Shown here: positions 57,741-64,000 of the stretch, in pieces
Numbering within the stretch: position 1 is the stretch's first letter
Layout of the letters: each line of letters starts with the position of its first letter
Origin: the human T2T-CHM13v2.0 reference genome, Homo sapiens
Assembly: GCF_009914755.1 (NCBI RefSeq)
Contig: NC_060935.1
DNA: 64,000 nt
Direction: 5' to 3' (one strand)
The notes under the pieces: model-generated
Seen by the model: the letters and a program-made list of their open reading frames with translations, nothing else
The model's database searches: none
What the model was told of the DNA's origin: nothing
Position numbers and translations under genes: made by a program

Positions 57741-58179
57741 TGATATACTTTGGATGTTTGTCTCTCCCTACCCTGCACCCCCACAATCTCATGTTGAAAT
57801 ATAATCCCCAGTGTTGGAGGTGGGGCCTGGTCTGAAGTGTTTGGATCATGGGAACAGACCCCTCATGAATGGCTTGGGCCATCCCCTTGGTGATAAGTGA
57901 GCTCTCACTCTGAGTTCACATGAGAACTGGTCTTTTTAACATGTGTGGCACCTCCCCATTATACACACTCACTCTCTCTCACTCCCATTTTTGCCAGATG
58001 AGGTGACTGCTTTTGCTTCACCTTGTGCCATGAGTAAGTTTCCTGAGACCTCCCCAGAAGCAGATGCCAGCACCATGTTTCTTGCACAGCTTACAGCACC
58101 AGGAGCCAATTAAACCTCCTTTCTTATAAATTACCCAGTCTGATATTTCCTTATAGCAACACAAGAACAGCCTAATACA
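57741..58179 (+). mobile_element. MaLR solo LTR (MSTA/MSTB-like)
   Basis: TG...CA ends; AATCTCATGTTGAAAT..AATCCCCAGTGTTGGAGGTGGGGCCTGG...ATAAATTACCCAGTC...CCTAATACA. Confidence 0.92.
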
Positions 58180-58330
58180 GGGGGTTACCTCCCCCATTTT
58201 GACCTCCAGCTCCCTAACATGACTGTTAATGTCTTGATGGAACATGCAGGTTTGGGGGCTAGTTAGGCTGACAGGTTTTTTTCTTTCCTTTTTTGTTTTC
58301 CATTAGCAACAAGAGCTGCTCCCATAGCCA

Positions 58331-58332
<2 letters not shown>

Positions 58333-58367
<35 letters not shown>
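58333..58367. repeat. (CT)n microsatellite
   Basis: Pure CT repeat of ~17 units. Confidence 0.97.
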
Positions 58368-58371
<4 letters not shown>

Positions 58372-59614
58372 CTTGGAGAAATGCATGGAAACAGGGTCAC
58401 CAGCCCTTCAGCCACCCCTAACCCTCCCACCCACCAAAGCACTGCCTATTCTCCTGCTTGGCAAGAGCATAAAACCAGGCTGACTGGGGCTTGCAAGCTT
58501 TCATAAGAGAAGGTGGAGTGGGGAGGGAGGTGGAGACCTGGGTGGGGTGGGGGGTGGACAGGAGAGAGAAAGAAGGGGAGAAAGGAGGTTGAGGAAAGAG
58601 TGGGGGAGGGAAGAAGGAAAACGGAAAAGAAAGAAGGGGGATGCTGACTGATAAAGCAAGGAAGGAGTAAGATGGGAGAAAAGGACAGATAATAACAAGT
58701 GCTCTCTGTGGCAGTGCCATTTGTTTCAGAGCCGGGTTGTGCATGTTTCTGGCTCCATGCTCATGCAGGATTGGCTGAAGCTGACAATGGTTTTCCTGGG
58801 GGTGACCCAGGCTGAGCAGCAGAAAATAGAAACTGTTCTAATAGTAATGATAACATTAATAAATAAAAGAAACTAATGTCGAGGGTAATTGGGTTGCAAG
58901 AAAAGCTTGCTGCAGTGAGAGAGAAGCCATTTCACTGCCCATTTGACTTCACTTGGTGTCTAGTGAGGGCATTTTAAATGCCTTAGAAATGTAGTATTTT
59001 TAAGCTAGGAGAAACCTCGGGCATCTTAGGGGTTGTTCAACCCCCTCATTTTACAGAGAAGTCTCAGAGAAACTAAATTATGTTCTCAACACCACTCAGC
59101 AAGTTAACAGCAGACTCTGACCCGGGGAAATCCTGACTTCCAATTGGAGAAGCAGCTTTATAGAGCTGAGAGTCTGAGGTCTTTGGAGTTAGCTCTGAGT
59201 TCTAATCCAGTTCGGCCCCTCTGGCCCAGCAGGAGAGACTTGCTCCTTTAGAGTTTCCTGTAAGGGAAGGGTTTTGAGAAATATTGCAATAGAAGAATGA
59301 ATGTTTCTCTTTTTTCATCATGAGCCTTGGTCAAAAAGTGCAATCCCTTGAGTATAGCAGGCACCATAATCTCTCCTCATGGTGTTGAAGGCATCACAAG
59401 GACAACTCTCTAGATTAGCCCAAGATCCCAAAAAGCCACAGGTCAGAGGGCATTCTGGATCTTTCAATGAGAAGAACATATTATAAAGTATTCCACCCCA
59501 CAGCTGGGACTGGACCCTTTTGCCCAAGTTACATGATGCTTTACCAAGGTTTTCCTTTTCCTTTCCTCATCCCAGGTCTATTTTCATCCCTCCCCATCCG
59601 TCCACCTCACAGTG

Positions 59615-59790
59615 TAGGGCTGCACTGTCCAATATGGTAGACACTCACTAACGTGGCTATTTAAATTTAAATTCATTAAAATTAAATAAAATTTAAAATT
59701 CAGTTCCCTGTAGTTGAAGAGTGACGTGTAACCAGTGACTACCATATTGGACAACACAGTACAGAACATTTCTATTACTGCAGAAAATAA
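59615..59790. mobile_element. MER3-like hAT-Charlie MITE
   Basis: Internal inverted repeat TGTCCAATATGGTAG / CTACCATATTGGACA flanking ATTTAAATTTAAATT. Confidence 0.8.
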
Positions 59791-60964
59791 TAATGAATAT
59801 TAATGGTATAGGCCCACTTCTGTGGTTTGGTTGTTATGTTTGTCTTAACAGTTTCCACTAAAAATTGCTGCAAGCCCAGGCATTGGCTGGTTTGCAGATC
59901 CCTGAACTTGAGGACAGCATTGCTTCACATTCCTTCCTGACTGCTCGCTGACTGTTTGTTGAGGGCACTGCAGGTGCATGCCCCTGCGAGCGGGTCCTGT
60001 GCCTCCTTCTGGAGTAGCAGATGAGTAGGAAGGGGTAGCTCCTTGCTGCCTGTAGTGTACTGACCTGCTGGTCTCTTTCTTTCTTCATCTTCATCCCTGA
60101 CTTTCTCTGTTACTTCCCCATGTCCCCAGTGACTGCAGGTTAAATGGCTTAACCAATTCTTCAAGCTCCAAGGACCTGCTGGGTTGAGCTCATCATGGGG
60201 TTGGGGGGATGGGATTGATCACCAAATTCCTAATTGACTCATCCCTCCTCCCCACTTTCCTAGTTTCCCTCTCCTCACCAAGACTTCAATTTCCAGTCCA
60301 ATATATGTGCTAACAATGAGAGATCAGCCACAGCTACCTGCAAATATGAATCCCAAGAGAAAAGCCCAGGCTCATGTTTCCAGGCAATTACTGGTTTCTC
60401 CTAGAAAGAAAGGAAAGGAGAGATAGGGAAGAGGAAAGAGCTTCCTCAAGTGCCGTTTATTTTGCCAACTGAGCGAATGGAAACAAGACTAGTGGAAGAT
60501 CATAACCACAAATTTCCTCAACCATACAGAATGCTCATCTGTCTTGGCTTCTTTAGTTCTTGTTCCCAGCTAAAACTCCTTCTATTCGCTCAGATGTCTT
60601 ATTTGTTCACTCATTCATTCACCTACTCATTTTCCCAACCAAAGATTCTGATTTCTGCCTATCAGAAACACCTGGGGAGTCTTTTTCAAAGCACACAAGC
60701 CCAAACAATAGCCCAGACAAACTGAATCTGAGTTCATGAATGATGGGATGGGGGTAGGGAGGGAGGGGCACAGAGAGTGGAAGGGGAATAGGGCCTGGGC
60801 TTGTTTGTTTTGCCAAACATTCCTGAGTTATTCTGTTGCTGGCTCTTGGGTAGGAAGCCCTTCATTCATTCATTCCTTTCTTCATCACTCATTCAGCAAA
60901 CATCCCTTGAATGCAAAGGATACATTAGCTGATGGGTAGACAATGGAGCTGATGCTCAAATGCA

Positions 60965-61125
60965 CAGGTTCTCAGGCTTGGCTACACAACAGAAATACCT
61001 TGAGAACTTTGAGTATCCTGATGCCCAGGTCATGCTCCAGAACGATTCATCAGAATCTCTTGAGGGAGGGACTCAGGCATCAGCATTCTTTAAAGTATTT
61101 CATGTGACTCCAATATTGCAGCGTC
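60965..61125. mobile_element. MER5-like fragment
   Basis: GGTTCTCAGGCTTGGCTACAC..GATGCCCAGG..ATCAGAATCTCT..CAGGCATCAGCATT. Confidence 0.65.
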
Positions 61126-61650
61126 GGGATGGAAGAAGTCTATGAAATCATCATGGGGAGGTTGTCACTTAGCCTTTTTGAGGAGATCAACAAAGCTTCC
61201 CTATGGATGGACACAGTCACAGTGAGCATCCTAGCCAGCTACACATCTTTAGTATCCTTCACTGAGCAGGAATTAGGGTCAACAAGATGGAGAGGACTGA
61301 CCCAAAGCACAGTTGAAAAGGGCATAGGTGTGAGTGCCATCCAGAGAAGGAAGAAGTCTACTTCAACCCCTCAAGTTGTTCAGAGCATAAACTTGAAGTA
61401 GCCTCGCCTTATTAACAACATGAAACCTGTTTCAAAACAAGATGCTTCTAGGGTCACAGAGATGCCACCATTTCCAGGGGAGTGGCCATTGGATGGGGGC
61501 AGGGGTGTCCATCTCTCACCTCACTCCACTATTTTTACTTTTTTGTCAATATCTTTGTCCATGCTTTTATCAACATTTTTTGAGCACCTACCCTCAGTCA
61601 GGCACCTTGCCAGACGTTGGAGACCTAGAAATGAAAAAGATTTGATTCCA

Positions 61651-61948
61651 GGCTGGGCACGGTGGCTCTTGCCTATAATCCCAGCACTTTGGGAGGCTGA
61701 GGTGCGTAGATCACTTGAGGTCAGGAGTTCAAGACCAGCCTGGCCAACATGGTGAAACCCTGTCTCTACTAAAAATACAAAAATTATCTGGTTGTGGTGG
61801 CAGGCACCTGTAATCCCAGCTGCTTGGGAGGCTGAGGCAGGAGAATCACTTGAACCCGGGAGGCAGAGGTTGCCGTGTCATCGCACTCCAGACTGGGCGA
61901 CAGAGCAAGACTCCGTCTCGGAAAAAAAAAATAAAAAAATAATAAACA

Positions 61949-62001
<53 letters not shown>
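61651..62001 (+). mobile_element. Alu whose tail runs into a (CA)n microsatellite (61946-62001)
   Basis: Alu dimer with a small right-arm deletion. The degenerate TSD GATTTGATTCCA / GATACTTGGTTCCA encloses the CA tract. Confidence 0.92.
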
Positions 62002-62003
<2 letters not shown>

Positions 62004-64000
62004 TACTTGGTTCCAACCCTCAGTGAGCTCATGATCTTGGGTAGGATATAAGACCTGGGCATCTGGTCTCAGTTTCTTTTACCACACATTGAGGGCATAA
62101 TGAAGGAAAATCTCTGAGGTTCTAAAAGGCCCTAATGTCACACACTTCTGTGACACTCTGATGGGGGTTAAAATGGGGAGATGTCTTTTGCCTCTTAAGC
62201 TGACTTTTCTAGGCGGCTAGTGAATCAAGAATTTACTTTTTTGGTGTTTTGAGGCTGGTCCAGCTCTCCACTTCTAGAAATCGAAGTAAATGTAAATCAC
62301 ATGTCTATAACCAAAAATGTGGCTCTGATGAGAGACATGCATTCTGCTGAGCCTGGAGTAGATGTGTGGCAAGACCCAGCCCATTCCCTTTCACTCTTCA
62401 GGGATCCCCGTCTCCTGTCTGTCCCAACCCAGGAACAGCACCATGTGAGAACTTCTACCTGTTGAGGCATTGCCCTGTGCATTTCTACTTACAGAGTAGT
62501 TCGTTTGTCTATGTTGTCATGTTGCAAGCCCAAAGTCTGATCAGTTTGCTTCTGCCCAGCAGCTCTTAGAGATGACCCCTCCTCAGGAAGTCCTCACAGG
62601 CCATTAAGGGTTTCTCAATGCAGGGTAAGAGCCTTCCAAATTTGAAGGAAAAGTTAGCGGAGTTCACATTCTGTTCTGCATGGCACCAATTCCCTTCTCT
62701 TTTATCATACAATTTCCAAAAACCGCAAAAGGAAGGCTATGCTATAGTTAGGGCGGGGGTATGGGGGGGCGCAAGAATGTTAGAATGGAGCAAGGACTGG
62801 GTTCAAATCCTAGCTTCTTTACTTATAATTAGGCTGAGCCAATATGAAGTTGATGATATTTTTCCATTTTCCACTCACAAAAGCAGTAATTCCATATGTG
62901 TCAACTCAAAATAACTAGATTAATTTACACTCTCTTTGTCTCAGTTTGTTTATCTGTAAAATATAGGTAAAGTTATGCATCTACCTGGATTAAGAAGCTC
63001 AAAAGAGATGAGTAGTAATGTGCCCAGACAGTACCTGAACATACCCCCTTTCATATAAAAATCGAATAGTCCAGATCTACTAAATGCCAGGCCAATGGTT
63101 CAAAAATGGCAGCCAGCATTATTATAATAGGTTCTTTGACAGCATTTTTTGACAGAATCCTGGTCATCCCTCCTTGTCCTAAGCTCAGGCTGCTCCAAAA
63201 CCCATGTCACATCCACAGCGGAGAAGGCTCTGATGTGGCAAAGGACCTGGGTGGCCCAGACACAGGGTCCTTCTGAGCTTTACTCTTCCCCATGTGTGGA
63301 GCTGGAGCAAGCCACGCCCTGTAAGACCCTCGGCTCTCCCCCTGCTGCAAAGGTGATGGTCAACTCTTACCCCAGAGCTGATTTTGAGAATTAAAGGATT
63401 ACATATATAAAGTGCCTGGTACAGAACAGAGTAGGTTGTTTATCAATGGCCTAAGGTCACAAGGGATGTGGGGTAGAGACTCTGATAGAAGCAGAGGAGG
63501 GGCTCAGGGAGGACAGGGAGGTGGAGGAAGCTGAAAGCCAAGAGAAGCTTCCTTACACACACACAAGGACACCACCTTGGGGAGAGGTTTCTGACTTTCG
63601 AGACCCTGAGGGAAGGGTCTCCTCCCACTAGAAACTGTACTGGAAAGTGAGAGAGAAAAAGTGAGCAACACGATTACTGTACCCACCAGCAACCAGATGC
63701 CGGATGCAGTGAAGCCTAGGAGCCTTAATTGGGGATTAGAGGCGGAACTTTATCCACGCACTGCTTTGGTGGCCTCATTAAAAGCTGGAAAATTCTCCAT
63801 GCAGGTGCAGTGACATTTTGTGAAGTGACCTGGAGGCTGGCTAAGCCCTAGGGAGCATCCTGCCCAGGTCGGACACTGTGATAGCCTGCCCTTTCTCCTG
63901 CCCAGTGTGACAGGAGTTTACCCTTCCCATCTTCACCTCCTGCAGCACCTGCCATGAGTGACAGAGTGAAGACAGACTCACAAAAAGACTTGTGCCCATT

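Overview
Human (primate) genomic DNA, recognisable as the 5' end of the dopamine D2 receptor gene DRD2 (11q23), which lies on the minus strand. The window holds the promoter-proximal ~25.5 kb of intron 1 (1-25559, containing MIR4301 at 516-581), the non-coding exon 1 (25560-~25882) inside a CpG-island, TATA-less GC-box promoter, and ~38 kb of upstream intergenic DNA. This haplotype carries the -141C Ins and -241A promoter alleles. No DRD2 coding exon is present, and the ORFs in the track look like repeat-derived, GC-rich or chance frames. Much of the window is interspersed repeats (Alu, L1, L2, MIR, MaLR/ERVL LTRs, hAT DNA transposons), several with visible target-site duplications and nesting. 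I found no convincing new multi-gene system. The best leads are small: a 28-bp sequence apparently copied into the G-tract of an L1 from 4.6 kb away, two uORFs in exon 1, candidate striatal/neuronal enhancer motif clusters upstream, and several local tandem duplications. Gene, SNP and repeat-subfamily names come from memory of reference sequences, not from a database search, and repeat boundaries are approximate unless a TSD is quoted.
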